From the NCBI GenBank assembly GCA_963628215.1, contig CAVGEJ010000004.1:1-44404 (forward strand): DNA of 44,404 nucleotides, read 5' to 3'. Origin of the DNA: Eubacterium sp. CAG:180. GTDB lineage: Bacteria > Bacillota > Clostridia > Oscillospirales > CAG-272. Each line of letters begins with the position of its first letter. Within the stretch, counting starts at the first letter, position 1. The position numbers were made by a program, and so were the translations under genes. Positions 8,104-18,881 of the stretch are shown in pieces. Under the pieces are notes generated by a model. It searched no databases. It was given only the letters and a program-made list of their open reading frames with translations, and was not told the origin of the DNA.

Positions 8104-11100
8104 ATGGTTTACCGGGTCTATGTCGAAAAAAAGCCGGAACTTGCCGAGGAAGCGGCGGCACTCTTTCGGGAAGCCGTTTCCCTGCTCGGCATCACCGCAC
8201 TGCGCGGCGTGCGCATCATCAACCGCTATGACGCGGAGAACATTTCCCCCGAACTATTTTCCGCCGCCGAAAAGACCGTCTTTTCCGAACCGCAACTGGA
8301 CACGGTGAGCGACAGTTTTGACGCGAAGGGCGGCGCAGTGTTTGCCGTGGAATATCTGCCCGGACAGTTTGACCAACGGGCGGATTCTGCGGCGCAATGC
8401 ATTCAGATTCTTTCCAAGTCCGAGCGTCCGCTGATCCGAACGGCAAAGATTTATATTCTCTCCGGAGATTTGACGGAAGCGGATATCCGCGCAATCAAGA
8501 AATACGTCATCAATCCCGTAGAAGCGCGGGAGGCATCTCTGGAACTGCCCGAAACGCTCCGGATTCCCTACGAGATTCCGAAGCGGGTGACAACGCTGGA
8601 CGGCTTTACCCGCCTTGACCGCGCGGAACTGGACGTGTTCCGCCAAAAATACGGGCTTGCCATGGACACGGACGATCTTGCGTTCTTTCAGACCTATTTC
8701 CGCTCCGAGAATCGCGATCCTACCGTTACGGAACTCCGCATGACGGATACTTACTGGTCCGATCACTGCCGCCACACAACGTTTCTGACGGTCATTGACG
8801 ACATTTCGTTTGAAGATCCGCTCCTGCAGAAAACCTATGAGGAATACAAGGCACTGCGGCAAAAACTCGGCAGAACCGCTCCGATTTGTCTGATGGACAT
8901 TGCCACCATCGCCGTCCGGGCGCTGAAACGGGAAGGAAAACTGCCCGATCTGGACGAAAGCGATGAAATCAACGCCTGCACGGTCAAAATTGAGGTGGAA
9001 GCCGACGGCGCGCGCGAGCCTTGGTTGCTCCTGTTCAAGAACGAAACCCACAACCACCCGACGGAAATCGAACCGTTCGGCGGCGCTGCCACCTGCATCG
9101 GCGGCGCGATCCGCGACCCGCTTTCGGGACGTTCCTATGTCTACGGCGCAATGCGGGTCAGCGGCGCGGCAGACCCTCTGACGCCGATGGAAAAGACCAT
9201 CAAAGGAAAACTGCCGCAGCGGAAGATCGTAACCTCCGCCGCCGCAGGCTATTCCTCCTACGGCAACCAGATCGGGCTTGCCACGGGAATCGTGGATGAA
9301 ATCTATCATCCCGGTTATGCCGCCAAGCGGATGGAAATCGGCGCGGTGATTGCCGCAACGCCCGAATGCAATGTGCGGCGCGAAGTTCCCGCCCCCGGGG
9401 ATGCGGTCATCCTTCTGGGCGGCGCGACCGGGCGCGACGGATGCGGCGGCGCCACCGGCTCTTCCAAATCCCACACCGAACAGTCCCTCGAGACCTGCGG
9501 CGCGGAAGTGCAGAAAGGAAACGCTCCCGAGGAACGCAAACTGCAGCGGCTGTTCCGCAATCCGGACGCCTGCCGCAAGATCAAGAAGTGCAACGATTTC
9601 GGCGCGGGCGGCGTCTCGGTTGCCATCGGCGAACTGGCGGACGGGCTGTCGATCAACCTTGACGCAGTCCCGAAAAAATACGAGGGTCTGGACGGCACCG
9701 AACTGGCAATCAGCGAAAGTCAGGAGCGCATGGCGGTTGTGGTAGCGCCCGAGGATGTGGAAGCCTTCCTGCAGCTTGCGCACGGGGAAAATCTCTCGGC
9801 AACGCCCGTTGCCCGCGTGACGGACGACAATCGGCTTCGGATGACGTGGAACGGCGCGGAAATCGTCAATGTCAGCCGGGAATTCCTCAATTCCAACGGT
9901 GCGGAAAAGCACATCCGGATCAAAACCCAAGCCCCCCTGCCCCCGGATCAACCCGCGTCCGACAAGACCTTTTCGGAGCGGTATACGGCGCTTGCGGGAG
10001 ACCTCAACATCTGCTCCAAGCGCGGACTGGCAGAGCGTTTTGACTCCACCATCGGCGCGGGAACGGTTCTCATGCCGTTCGGCGGGCGGAATCAGCTCAC
10101 CCCCGCGCAGGCAATGGTGCAGAAAATCTCGATGGAGAAAAAGCACACCGACGACTGCTCGCTCATGGCGTTCGGTTACAATCCGTTCCTCTCCGAAAAG
10201 AACCCCTATCAGGGCGCTTATCTTGCCGTGGTGGAATCGGTCTGCAAACTCATTGCGTCGGGCGCAGATTTCAAAAAGGTGTACCTGACCTTCCAGGAAT
10301 ATTTCAAGCATCCCGGGAAGGACGGTGCGCGTTGGGGCGAGCCTGCCGCCGCGCTCCTCGGCGCATTCAAGGCGCAGATGGAACTCGGCATCGGCGCGAT
10401 CGGCGGAAAGGATTCGATGAGCGGAAGCTTTGAGAAACTGGACGTTCCCCCAACGCTCGTTTCCTTCGCCGTTACGACATCCAAGGTCGGCAACATCGTC
10501 TCTCCCGAATTCAAGGCAGCAGGACACAGCGTGGTTCTGCTCCGCGCCGCATATGACGAGCACGGGTTGCCCGTGACGGAATCGCTCCTTGCGGTGTTCC
10601 GAGCGGTCAGCGATCTGTTGCACAGCGGAAAAGCCGTTGCCTGCTATACGCCCGGAATGGGCGGCATTGCCGCGGCGGTTATGAAAATGTGCTTCGGCAA
10701 CGGCATCGGATTCCGATATGCGGACGGGATCGGAACAGACGAAATCTTCGGCAACAGCTACGCTTCCTTCCTCTTGGAAATGGCGGACGGAGCAGAAGGC
10801 TACCCGTTGCTCGGAACGACAACGGAAGCCCCCGAGATTGCGCGCGGCGCTGAAACGCTCCCGCTCGCGGCATTGCTAACCGTTTATGAGGACAAACTGG
10901 AAAGCGTATTCCCCTGCAACATTCAAAACCGCGCGCCGAAACCGGAAACGCTCTCCTACCATGCAACCGGGCGTTGCGCACCCGCAATCAAAGTGGCGGA
11001 ACCGCGCGTGCTGATTCCGGTCTTTCCGGGTACAAACTGCGAATACGATTCCGCCAAAGCCGTTGCCGACGCGGGCGCGATTCCCGAGATCGCCGTGATC

Positions 11101-11799
11101 CGGAATCTCAGCGCCGACGATATTGCGGCAAGCGTTTCGGAGTTTGCGGCAAGACTGAAGCAAGCGCAGATCGTCTTTCTCCCCGGCGGCTTTTCCGGCG
11201 GAGACGAACCGGACGGAAGCGGCAAGTTCATCACCGCATTCTTCCGCAACCCCGAAATCCGGGAAGAGGTTACGAATCTGCTTGAGCGGCGGGACGGGCT
11301 GATGTGCGGAATCTGCAACGGATTTCAGGCGCTGATTAAACTCGGTCTTGTTCCCTTCGGAAAGATCGTCGAACCGGACGCGTCCTACCCCACCCTCACC
11401 TACAATACCATTGCGCGGCATCAGTCCCGCATTGTGCGCACCCGCATCGTCTCCAACAAATCTCCGTGGCTGTCGCTGACAGAGGTCGGAGAAATCGTCA
11501 ATGTTCCCATCTCGCACGGCGAAGGCAGATTCTATGCCGACGACGCATGGCTTGCGCGCCTTGCCGCAAACGGACAGATTGCAACGCAGTATGCGGATTT
11601 CGACGGTAACGCCACCAACGACATCCGCTTCAATCCGAACGACTCCGCAGGCGCGGTGGAAGGCATCACCTCCCCCGACGGCAGAGTGTTCGGAAAAATG
11701 GGGCACAGCGAACGGATCGGGAACGGGCTGTATCGGAACGTCCCCGGGAACTATGACATCCGGATGTTTGAATCCGCAGTCAGATATTTCAAATCGTAA
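8104..11799 (+). CDS. purL: FGAM synthase, single-chain large form
   Basis: 1231 aa. [23 protein letters not shown], and a C-terminal glutaminase domain with GICNGFQAL and HGEGRF. One-nt gap after purD. Confidence 0.93.
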   Translation: MVYRVYVEKKPELAEEAAALFREAVSLLGITALRGVRIINRYDAENISPELFSAAEKTVFSEPQLDTVSDSFDAKGGAVFAVEYLPGQFDQRADSAAQCIQILSKSERPLIRTAKIYILSGDLTEADIRAIKKYVINPVEAREASLELPETLRIPYEIPKRVTTLDGFTRLDRAELDVFRQKYGLAMDTDDLAFFQTYFRSENRDPTVTELRMTDTYWSDHCRHTTFLTVIDDISFEDPLLQKTYEEYKALRQKLGRTAPICLMDIATIAVRALKREGKLPDLDESDEINACTVKIEVEADGAREPWLLLFKNETHNHPTEIEPFGGAATCIGGAIRDPLSGRSYVYGAMRVSGAADPLTPMEKTIKGKLPQRKIVTSAAAGYSSYGNQIGLATGIVDEIYHPGYAAKRMEIGAVIAATPECNVRREVPAPGDAVILLGGATGRDGCGGATGSSKSHTEQSLETCGAEVQKGNAPEERKLQRLFRNPDACRKIKKCNDFGAGGVSVAIGELADGLSINLDAVPKKYEGLDGTELAISESQERMAVVVAPEDVEAFLQLAHGENLSATPVARVTDDNRLRMTWNGAEIVNVSREFLNSNGAEKHIRIKTQAPLPPDQPASDKTFSERYTALAGDLNICSKRGLAERFDSTIGAGTVLMPFGGRNQLTPAQAMVQKISMEKKHTDDCSLMAFGYNPFLSEKNPYQGAYLAVVESVCKLIASGADFKKVYLTFQEYFKHPGKDGARWGEPAAALLGAFKAQMELGIGAIGGKDSMSGSFEKLDVPPTLVSFAVTTSKVGNIVSPEFKAAGHSVVLLRAAYDEHGLPVTESLLAVFRAVSDLLHSGKAVACYTPGMGGIAAAVMKMCFGNGIGFRYADGIGTDEIFGNSYASFLLEMADGAEGYPLLGTTTEAPEIARGAETLPLAALLTVYEDKLESVFPCNIQNRAPKPETLSYHATGRCAPAIKVAEPRVLIPVFPGTNCEYDSAKAVADAGAIPEIAVIRNLSADDIAASVSEFAARLKQAQIVFLPGGFSGGDEPDGSGKFITAFFRNPEIREEVTNLLERRDGLMCGICNGFQALIKLGLVPFGKIVEPDASYPTLTYNTIARHQSRIVRTRIVSNKSPWLSLTEVGEIVNVPISHGEGRFYADDAWLARLAANGQIATQYADFDGNATNDIRFNPNDSAGAVEGITSPDGRVFGKMGHSERIGNGLYRNVPGNYDIRMFESAVRYFKS

Positions 11800-11810
11800 G
11801 GAGAACCGCC

Positions 11811-13487
11811 ATGGCAGTTTTATCGGATATCGAGATCGCCCAAGCCTGCCGCCCGAAGCACATTTCCGAAATTGCGGAGCGCGCGGGCATTGCGCCGGAA
11901 TTTGTGGAGCAATACGGAAATTACAAAGCAAAAATTGATCTGTCCTATCTGAATTCCGCCGGAAAGAAAGACGGAAAGCTGATCCTCGTAACCGCCATTA
12001 CGCCGACTCCCGCAGGAGAAGGCAAGACCACAACGACCATCGGTCTTGCCGACGGGCTTGCCAGAATCGGTAAAAAAGCAGCGGTTGCCCTGCGCGAACC
12101 GTCTCTCGGACCTGTATTCGGCATCAAGGGAGGCGCCGCGGGCGGCGGGTATGCGCAGGTCGTTCCGATGGAGGATATCAACCTGCACTTTACGGGGGAT
12201 TTCCACGCCATCGGCGCAGCAAATAACTTGCTTGCCGCCATGATCGACAATCACATCCAACAGGGCAACGCGCTCGGGATCGACCCGCGCAGAATCACAT
12301 GGAAGCGTTGCGTGGACATGAACGACCGCCAGCTCCGCTTTATCGTGGACGGGCTTGGCGGGCGGGTCAACGGCACGCCCCGGGAGGACGGATTTGACAT
12401 CACGGTCGCCTCGGAAATCATGGCGATTCTTTGCCTGTCATCCTCTATTTCGGATCTGAAAGCCCGCCTTTCCCGCATCATCATCGGTTATACCTATGAC
12501 GAACGCCCCGTCACCGCAGGAGACCTAAAAGCGGCGGGCGCTATGACCGCGCTCCTCTGCGACGCGCTCAAGCCGAATCTGGTGCAAACGCTTGAAGGAA
12601 CGCCCGCGTTTGTACACGGCGGTCCGTTTGCAAACATTGCGCACGGCTGCAACTCGGTGCTTGCCACGCGGATGGCGTTGCAGTGCGCCGATTATGCCGT
12701 AACCGAAGCGGGATTCGGCGCAGACCTCGGCGCGGAAAAGTTTCTGGACATTAAATGCCGCATGGCGGGACTCTCGCCGGACGCCGCCGTTGTGGTGGCA
12801 ACCATTCGGGCATTGAAGATGCACGGCGGCGTTCCCAAAGCGGAACTGGGCGCGGAAAACCTGCCTGCGCTTGAGGCGGGACTCCCCAACCTTGCACGCC
12901 ATGTTTCCAATATGAAAACCGTTTTCGGTCTTCCCGTTGTGGTTGCTGTCAACCGTTTTCCGACCGACACGGATCGGGAAATCGCGTTCCTGATGGAAAA
13001 ATGTCGGGAAATGGGCGTTAACGCCGTTCTTTCCACCGTCCATGCGGAGGGCGGAAAGGGTGCGGAAACGCTCGCGCGGGAGGTTGTCCGCCTCTGCGAA
13101 GAGGAAACGGCTGATTTCCGTTTTGCTTACCCGGATGAAATGTCCCTGACGGAAAAGGTGGAAACCGTTGTCCGCCGCGTTTACGGCGGAGCGGGAGTTG
13201 CCCTGCTCCCCGCCGCCAAAAAACAGCTTGGCGCATTGGAAGCGCTCGGGTTCGGCAACTGCCCCGTCTGCATTGCCAAAACGCAATACAGCTTCTCGGA
13301 CGACCCGACAAAGGTCGGCGCGCCCGAAGGCTTTACGGTAACCGTTCGGAACGTGCGCGTTTCTGCCGGAGCAGGATTTGTCGTGGTGCTCACGGGCGAT
13401 ATCATGACCATGCCCGGGCTTCCGAAATCGCCTGCGGCGGAACGGATCGACGTAGACGAAAACGGAAAAATCAGCGGGCTGTTCTGA
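11811..13487 (+). CDS. fhs: formate--tetrahydrofolate ligase
   Basis: 558 aa. [14 protein letters not shown] and [27 protein letters not shown]. Last gene of the operon. Confidence 0.93.
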   Translation: MAVLSDIEIAQACRPKHISEIAERAGIAPEFVEQYGNYKAKIDLSYLNSAGKKDGKLILVTAITPTPAGEGKTTTTIGLADGLARIGKKAAVALREPSLGPVFGIKGGAAGGGYAQVVPMEDINLHFTGDFHAIGAANNLLAAMIDNHIQQGNALGIDPRRITWKRCVDMNDRQLRFIVDGLGGRVNGTPREDGFDITVASEIMAILCLSSSISDLKARLSRIIIGYTYDERPVTAGDLKAAGAMTALLCDALKPNLVQTLEGTPAFVHGGPFANIAHGCNSVLATRMALQCADYAVTEAGFGADLGAEKFLDIKCRMAGLSPDAAVVVATIRALKMHGGVPKAELGAENLPALEAGLPNLARHVSNMKTVFGLPVVVAVNRFPTDTDREIAFLMEKCREMGVNAVLSTVHAEGGKGAETLAREVVRLCEEETADFRFAYPDEMSLTEKVETVVRRVYGGAGVALLPAAKKQLGALEALGFGNCPVCIAKTQYSFSDDPTKVGAPEGFTVTVRNVRVSAGAGFVVVLTGDIMTMPGLPKSPAAERIDVDENGKISGLF

Positions 13488-13518
13488 CAATCCGGAACTT
13501 ACCCGCAAAAAACAAGCC

Positions 13519-13554
13519 CTGCGCCCCGCGATACTTCGCGGGGCGCAGTTTTTT
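13519..13554. terminator. bidirectional intrinsic terminator between the convergent fhs and envelope operons
   Basis: CTGCGCCCCGCG (13519-13530) pairs perfectly with CGCGGGGCGCAG (13537-13548). It has TTTTTT on the plus side and an A-run (13507-13512) on the other side. Confidence 0.8.
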
Positions 13555-13574
13555 ATATGATTCCGAAACCGCCG

Positions 13575-14855
13575 TTATGCCGGATCGTCCGTCGGTTTGC
13601 GCCGGAACAGTCGCGCTTTCCGCACGTGACGGACAATGGCAACCGCGACGGACGCCACCGCAAGAACCGCGCCGATAAGGATCAAAAGGTAACCCCACAT
13701 GGGCATCCGGAACGCGATGCCGGGAACACAGACCACATACGTCCCTTTCCGGTCGGTCGTTGCCCTGACATATCTCCCCCATCCTTCGCTCTCGAGTTCC
13801 GTCAGAGAACCGTCCTCCTCGATGCGGTATACACTTGCCTTCCTGCGGTCAAACCGATCGTCCGCGCGGAAATACAGCACGAAATCCCCTGCCGCCGTCA
13901 CTTCTTCCCCTTCGCTGTCCAACAATTCCACGGTATAAACCTCGAACCGATCCGCCACCGTTTTCATGCGTTCCGCAACGGTCGCATACCCCGCCGCCGC
14001 GTCGGTCATCCGCCCTGCCAACAGGTAAGTCCCTGTCGGGAGCACGCCGTTCGGATCTTCCGAGCGAACCGCTTCGTTCTCACCCGTTACCGCGTGAATC
14101 ACCAACCGATACTCGGTGAAGGTGTTGTTATCCAAAGATGTCCGGTAGCGTTCGCTTTCGGCGCGGTAGAGAACCGTATAAGTTCCGACCTGCTCCAACG
14201 TCAGCTTTCCGTCCGTAATCTGCTGTTCGACTCCGCCGCAGAAAGCCTGCATTGTAACCGTGCATTTCTCCGCGCCGAGCGTTGCCGTTGCCGCAGGAAG
14301 CCGAAGTACCGTTCCCTGCCGCAGGGTATATTCCGCCGCGTCGGTGGCAATCACGGGGACAAACTCCGCAGGGCGTTCCCCGAGGTCGCGCACACTGTCC
14401 GAGAGTTTCTCCGCCGCCGAAAGATCCAGCGTTCCCGCAAACTCGGTCTGCCGCCCCATCGCGTTGATATACGCCGCGAAGGAAAGGCTTCCGCGCAGAA
14501 CCTCCGCGCCGACGGTGTAGGTTTCATAGGTCCACGACTCCTCTTTCTCCGTCGTTTTTCCGACCTCGGCGTCCCCCGCGACAAGGCGCAGATAACCGAT
14601 TGAGGACGAGAACCCGACGGTCAGATAGTACCGCCCGTTCAGAACCTCCACCGTGGCGGTTGACGTGAAGTTATCCGCGCCCATCCGGATATCGTACCGG
14701 ATCGGGACACGGTAAGTTCCGTCGCCCGAAAAACCGGTTTCCTCCGCCCGCGCGGTCAGAATGCCGGTCGGAAGAAGCCCGAAGCAGAGAACCGCAAGAA
14801 GTATTGCCGCGCAAAAGCGGGAAATCCGACCGATTCCGTTCTTTCTGTTCACCAT
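13575..14855 (-). CDS. secreted, C-terminally membrane-anchored surface protein of unknown function
   Basis: 426 aa. N-terminal signal peptide ending TARA/EE, and a C-terminal TM helix (WGYLLILIGAVLAVASVAVAIV) followed by a basic tail. The start overlaps the upstream stop by 7 nt (ATGGTGA). Any NEAT-like or Ig-like fold is speculative. Confidence 0.75.
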   Translation of the reverse strand: MVNRKNGIGRISRFCAAILLAVLCFGLLPTGILTARAEETGFSGDGTYRVPIRYDIRMGADNFTSTATVEVLNGRYYLTVGFSSSIGYLRLVAGDAEVGKTTEKEESWTYETYTVGAEVLRGSLSFAAYINAMGRQTEFAGTLDLSAAEKLSDSVRDLGERPAEFVPVIATDAAEYTLRQGTVLRLPAATATLGAEKCTVTMQAFCGGVEQQITDGKLTLEQVGTYTVLYRAESERYRTSLDNNTFTEYRLVIHAVTGENEAVRSEDPNGVLPTGTYLLAGRMTDAAAGYATVAERMKTVADRFEVYTVELLDSEGEEVTAAGDFVLYFRADDRFDRRKASVYRIEEDGSLTELESEGWGRYVRATTDRKGTYVVCVPGIAFRMPMWGYLLILIGAVLAVASVAVAIVRHVRKARLFRRKPTDDPA

Positions 14856-17800
14856 ACCCGATTCCCCTCACTGTCCTCAAAAATCGCAACCAAAGTCAGC
14901 GTATAGGTTTCGGGATCTGCCAGAGCGCCGCTGATCGGCTTGGTCAGATCCACCATCACAGGCGCGCCGTCCACGATCACCGCCCAACCGAGGAACGTAT
15001 AGCCCGCCGCGCCGCGAATCCGCAGATAGTAACCCGGATTCTGGAGCAGTTCTCCCTCGGGAACAGACGCAGATCCCAGCACATACGTGCCCGCAACATA
15101 TTGCTTCGGCTGTGTGAACACCATTCTGACTGTCCGACGGTAAACGGGACGGATGACCAGTTCCTCTTCGGTCAGTTCCGCACTGCGGATGTAAACCTTG
15201 TCCGTGCGCACCGCCGTACCGATGAAGCCGCCCGTCCATCCGACAAAGGTATAACTCGAAGCGTCCCCTTCTGTCGGCGGTTGCGGGATGAATGCCGAAA
15301 GATCGATACAGTAAGCGCCGCGTTCCGTGCCGCCGTCCTTGTCGGTCACCGTTGCACGGTAATACACCGTGTCGTAGGTCTTTCTGACCCCGTTGATCTC
15401 GGTTGTGATACGGATTCCGTCGTCCCATACCGCATACAGATACAGATTTGTGGTGTTGTAGTTCCCGTAATTCTCAAATTCTCCGCCCGGAAGCGTTGCA
15501 AGAGCGGGGCGCACGCGGCGGTCGGTCACCCAACCGAACAGGACCGAATCGGTGGGCAGGAAGTTCTCCCGTTGCAAAAGCGTTGCCATTTCTCCGCCGA
15601 GGGTGTAGGTCACCCGCTTTTGCAGAGTCCCGTCCGCAAACGGGTGATCCTCGTCGGTGACGAAGGTAATGTTCACGTCGCTCTTGTCGCTAAGCACGTC
15701 AAAGTACTGCAGGAAGGAGAAGTACGTATTCTCGCCGCCGAGTCCCGTCAGACGGTATTCATAAGCCAAACGGTATCTGCCTGCGGTGTAGAAATCGATT
15801 CTGACATTGTAGCCGTCGGCTTCGCAACGACCGTAACGCGCGGAAACGATGTTGTTCTGGAGCACATCCCCCTTGTATGCCTGAAGGATGAAAGAGACTG
15901 CCGAGCCAAGCTTGGTTCCGTCGGACGCATAGACATCGTTGCAAGGCGCAACATACTTTTTGCCGATGAAGTAAGCCTCGTAATCCAACAGTTCCGCGCT
16001 CTTTTTCCCGCCGAAGGTCACCTTGCAGAGGAATTTGCGCACCACAAGATCATCTCCCGACTGATAGGTCAGACTGACATAGAAGTAGCTTCCCGCCTCC
16101 ATTTCCTCGCGGAAATGCGCCGTCAGCGCCGAGACGCTGTCGGCAGGAATATCGGTCTCGGTCACACGGTCGGTGCAAAGCGTGTAGGAAATCAGCCCGA
16201 GGTCGGTTGTGTTCCCGTCCACGGTCAACGTCAGATTGCGGGAAAGTTCCGCGATCACCGTACCCGGATCGGGGTCATAGAAGGAGAATTCCCGCTCGAG
16301 CACCTTGCGTTTCCCGTTTTCATCGTAAGTGATATCACGCTGTTCCAGAATATTTCCGGCGGAATCCGCGATCACGTACTGCTTTGCACTGTCGGACTGA
16401 TACGCCAGTTCGTAGTAATACCGCTCCCCGTAAGGATTCTGCAATTCGTACAGCACGCGCGTGTCCTTTTCAATCAGGTTCATGGTCGTGACCGGAGTCA
16501 CCACACATTCGAAGAAGGTGGGCGTATACACGCCGCTCCGCACCGAGAATTTGACGGCGCGGATGATGTGAATTCCCTTCAGTCCCTCTTCGCTTGCGAA
16601 ATAGTTCTCGATGAAATTGCCGTCCTGCCCGTCCCATGTATAGCGCACGTCGGCAAGTTTCACCACGTCGCCGACGGCGAGTTCCGCGTTTGCGTCGTAG
16701 TCCGTCACCCGTCGGATCGTCGGCTCGGTGCGGTCGGTCAGATAAACCGTTGTGCGGATCTTTCCGCCCGCCGCAGTCCTGCGCTCGAAGACAACCGCAA
16801 GATTTGCATAGTTCCCGCCGTAAGAAAAGCTGCCCGGCAGGCTGACCGCCGCAGATTCGTCCGCCTTCCCGTTTGCCAGCCGATAAGCGTGAACGCCGAC
16901 CTCGGAGAAACTGCCCGTCGGGTCAACCTTCTCCGCATAAAGGCTTTCGAGCGACACGGTATCGCCCGCGTTCAGACTCTTGCCCGTCCGGATGTTCAAC
17001 GTCTCGCGCATGGCATGACTGCCGAGCGACTGGAGCGTGAGGGAATCGGCATACAGGTTGCCGTCCGACTCCTTGTAGCCGTACACCACCGCGCCCACGC
17101 GGAAGCGCGCAATCGAATACCGCGCGTCCGCAACCGGAGTTGCCGCCGTCTCACCCGTCGGCGAAACCGTAATGCGGCTGCTGTAAACCTTTCTGCCCGT
17201 ATAGGGCACGGAGAGGCTTTCCGCCGAGAAGAAAAAGTTAATCAGATGCGTTCCCATTCCGGTTTCCTTCAGCGCGGCATAGACCAGATTCCGCTCGGTC
17301 AGGTCGGATTCGTTGCCGGGATAGTACTGCATTTCCTCGGCATAAGCATAGCCGTCCTCGCCGCTCTCGGTCAGCGGGGTGTAATCCTTCGCCACCTCTT
17401 CGTCCGAAAGCTTGACCAGATGCCGATAGTCGATCGACAGAATCTGATTTGCAGCGCCCATACTGGAAGCCGCCTCCATAAAGCCCGTAATGCCGCCCAT
17501 AATCATACGCTCGCGCGTCAGGTCAGTTCCGAAATCGTAAATGGAGTAGTATTTTCCCGTGTCGGCGTGAAATTCCGCGACATAAGTTCCGTAGGTCGTG
17601 CCGCCGTAGGTGGCGGGGTAATAATCCGAGGTCACTTCCCCGTCGCCGAACGCGGACGCGTCCATATCGTAGGAAAGCTGAATCGGCGCGAAACTAGTCA
17701 TGCGGTTATAATAGTTTGCCGTAACCGGATTCAGGAGAGTGTTCGAAGTGCCGAGCATTCCGAGGTAAGGCGTAAACTCCTTGACCAGCGTGTACCGCCC

Positions 17801-18766
17801 GTTCTCGGCACGCAGATAGGAATAGACGGGGTTGAAGCCCGAACCCATGTTGGGCTTGTTGTTCTCGCTCCGATAGTAGGACTTGGCAAGATACCACCCG
17901 TCCTCAAGCGGTTGGGTGTAATCCGCATAGGGTTTGCTGAACCCGATAAAGCGCGAAACGGTGATCTCCGCCGTGTAAGAGGTCAGGGTTGCAATCCGCT
18001 CGGAGGAGGAAAGGTTGGTTGCCTCCCAGTTTACGGTGCGCACCTCCAGCCACAGCGGCGTTTCCATATTCCAATCGTCGATATTCAGAAAAACGGTCTT
18101 TCTGCTGTCGGCGTAATTTGCAATCGTTTTCGTGGAATCCAGATATGCGGACGTGTTTTTGCTGCTGTCCGACACGCGCAGCGCGGGAAGCGTATCCGCG
18201 TCGTTCATGTTCTCTACAATCCCGCAGTCGTAGGGAATCTTCAGATAGCGGTGTCCGTCGGAATTCTCGATGCACACCTCGTCGTACAGAATACAGTCGG
18301 CAAGATTCTTATAGCCGCCCGCCGCGTCGGTCATAGAGCCTTTGGAAACGGTTTCGGGAAGTACCGACACCGCAATTTCAAGATCGTATACCCCGCTTCC
18401 GGTCAGTTCCTCTTTTACCCACTTGGCATAAAGCGTCACATCCCGCATATACAGGTACAGAATCCCGTCCACATACGGGGTCGAATAAGCGGAGTCCAGA
18501 TACCACCCCGCGAAAACATAGCCCACGCGGGTGGGAGACGGCAGAACCGGCATATGATTGGCGGTATAAACGATGTCCTCAATCGGCGTGTCCAATCCGC
18601 TTGTATGGAACGAGATGGTGAACTCCCGATTTCCGTATTCGTTCCGAATCGCCTCGGTCGGGTCGGACACCGTTTTCTGCGAGCAAGCCGCAAGCGAAAG
18701 CGCTACGGTTGCCGCCATGCAGACCGATGCCAGGAATTTTGCTAATTTTCCGGTTTTCCGTTTCAT
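14849..18766 (-). CDS. giant lipoprotein with Listeria-Bacteroides (Flg_new / InlB B-repeat type) repeats
   Basis: 1305 aa. Lipobox LSLAAC-S after a basic N-terminus. Repeat signatures GYVFAGWYLDSAYSTPY, LFGWVTD, YTFVGWTGG and YTFLGWAV. GGAGGA RBS. Confidence 0.8.
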   Translation of the reverse strand: MKRKTGKLAKFLASVCMAATVALSLAACSQKTVSDPTEAIRNEYGNREFTISFHTSGLDTPIEDIVYTANHMPVLPSPTRVGYVFAGWYLDSAYSTPYVDGILYLYMRDVTLYAKWVKEELTGSGVYDLEIAVSVLPETVSKGSMTDAAGGYKNLADCILYDEVCIENSDGHRYLKIPYDCGIVENMNDADTLPALRVSDSSKNTSAYLDSTKTIANYADSRKTVFLNIDDWNMETPLWLEVRTVNWEATNLSSSERIATLTSYTAEITVSRFIGFSKPYADYTQPLEDGWYLAKSYYRSENNKPNMGSGFNPVYSYLRAENGRYTLVKEFTPYLGMLGTSNTLLNPVTANYYNRMTSFAPIQLSYDMDASAFGDGEVTSDYYPATYGGTTYGTYVAEFHADTGKYYSIYDFGTDLTRERMIMGGITGFMEAASSMGAANQILSIDYRHLVKLSDEEVAKDYTPLTESGEDGYAYAEEMQYYPGNESDLTERNLVYAALKETGMGTHLINFFFSAESLSVPYTGRKVYSSRITVSPTGETAATPVADARYSIARFRVGAVVYGYKESDGNLYADSLTLQSLGSHAMRETLNIRTGKSLNAGDTVSLESLYAEKVDPTGSFSEVGVHAYRLANGKADESAAVSLPGSFSYGGNYANLAVVFERRTAAGGKIRTTVYLTDRTEPTIRRVTDYDANAELAVGDVVKLADVRYTWDGQDGNFIENYFASEEGLKGIHIIRAVKFSVRSGVYTPTFFECVVTPVTTMNLIEKDTRVLYELQNPYGERYYYELAYQSDSAKQYVIADSAGNILEQRDITYDENGKRKVLEREFSFYDPDPGTVIAELSRNLTLTVDGNTTDLGLISYTLCTDRVTETDIPADSVSALTAHFREEMEAGSYFYVSLTYQSGDDLVVRKFLCKVTFGGKKSAELLDYEAYFIGKKYVAPCNDVYASDGTKLGSAVSFILQAYKGDVLQNNIVSARYGRCEADGYNVRIDFYTAGRYRLAYEYRLTGLGGENTYFSFLQYFDVLSDKSDVNITFVTDEDHPFADGTLQKRVTYTLGGEMATLLQRENFLPTDSVLFGWVTDRRVRPALATLPGGEFENYGNYNTTNLYLYAVWDDGIRITTEINGVRKTYDTVYYRATVTDKDGGTERGAYCIDLSAFIPQPPTEGDASSYTFVGWTGGFIGTAVRTDKVYIRSAELTEEELVIRPVYRRTVRMVFTQPKQYVAGTYVLGSASVPEGELLQNPGYYLRIRGAAGYTFLGWAVIVDGAPVMVDLTKPISGALADPETYTLTLVAIFEDSEGNRVW

Positions 18767-18881
18767 ATTCTCCTCCGGTATCTCCGCTTCCGCGCTCCCC
18801 CCGAACGGTCGGAGGGAGCGCTTTTGGGTAAGGCGTCACCATCGGAATTGCGTGGTGATGCCTTAAATCGGTATTGGTTTC

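Noticed and set aside
8254-10623. 789-aa minus-strand ORF inside purL (plus many 60-140 aa ORFs across the pur operon)
   Set aside because: These are shadow frames of a strongly supported 1231-aa FGAM synthase gene, with no family signatures.
14804-18745. 1313-aa ORF on the plus strand, almost exactly mirroring the 1305-aa lipoprotein gene
   Set aside because: It is an antisense shadow ORF typical of GC-rich coding DNA. It is Arg/His/Gly/Val-rich and low in complexity, with no recognisable motif, signal or RBS. The minus-strand frame has a lipobox, repeat-domain signatures, an RBS and operon context.
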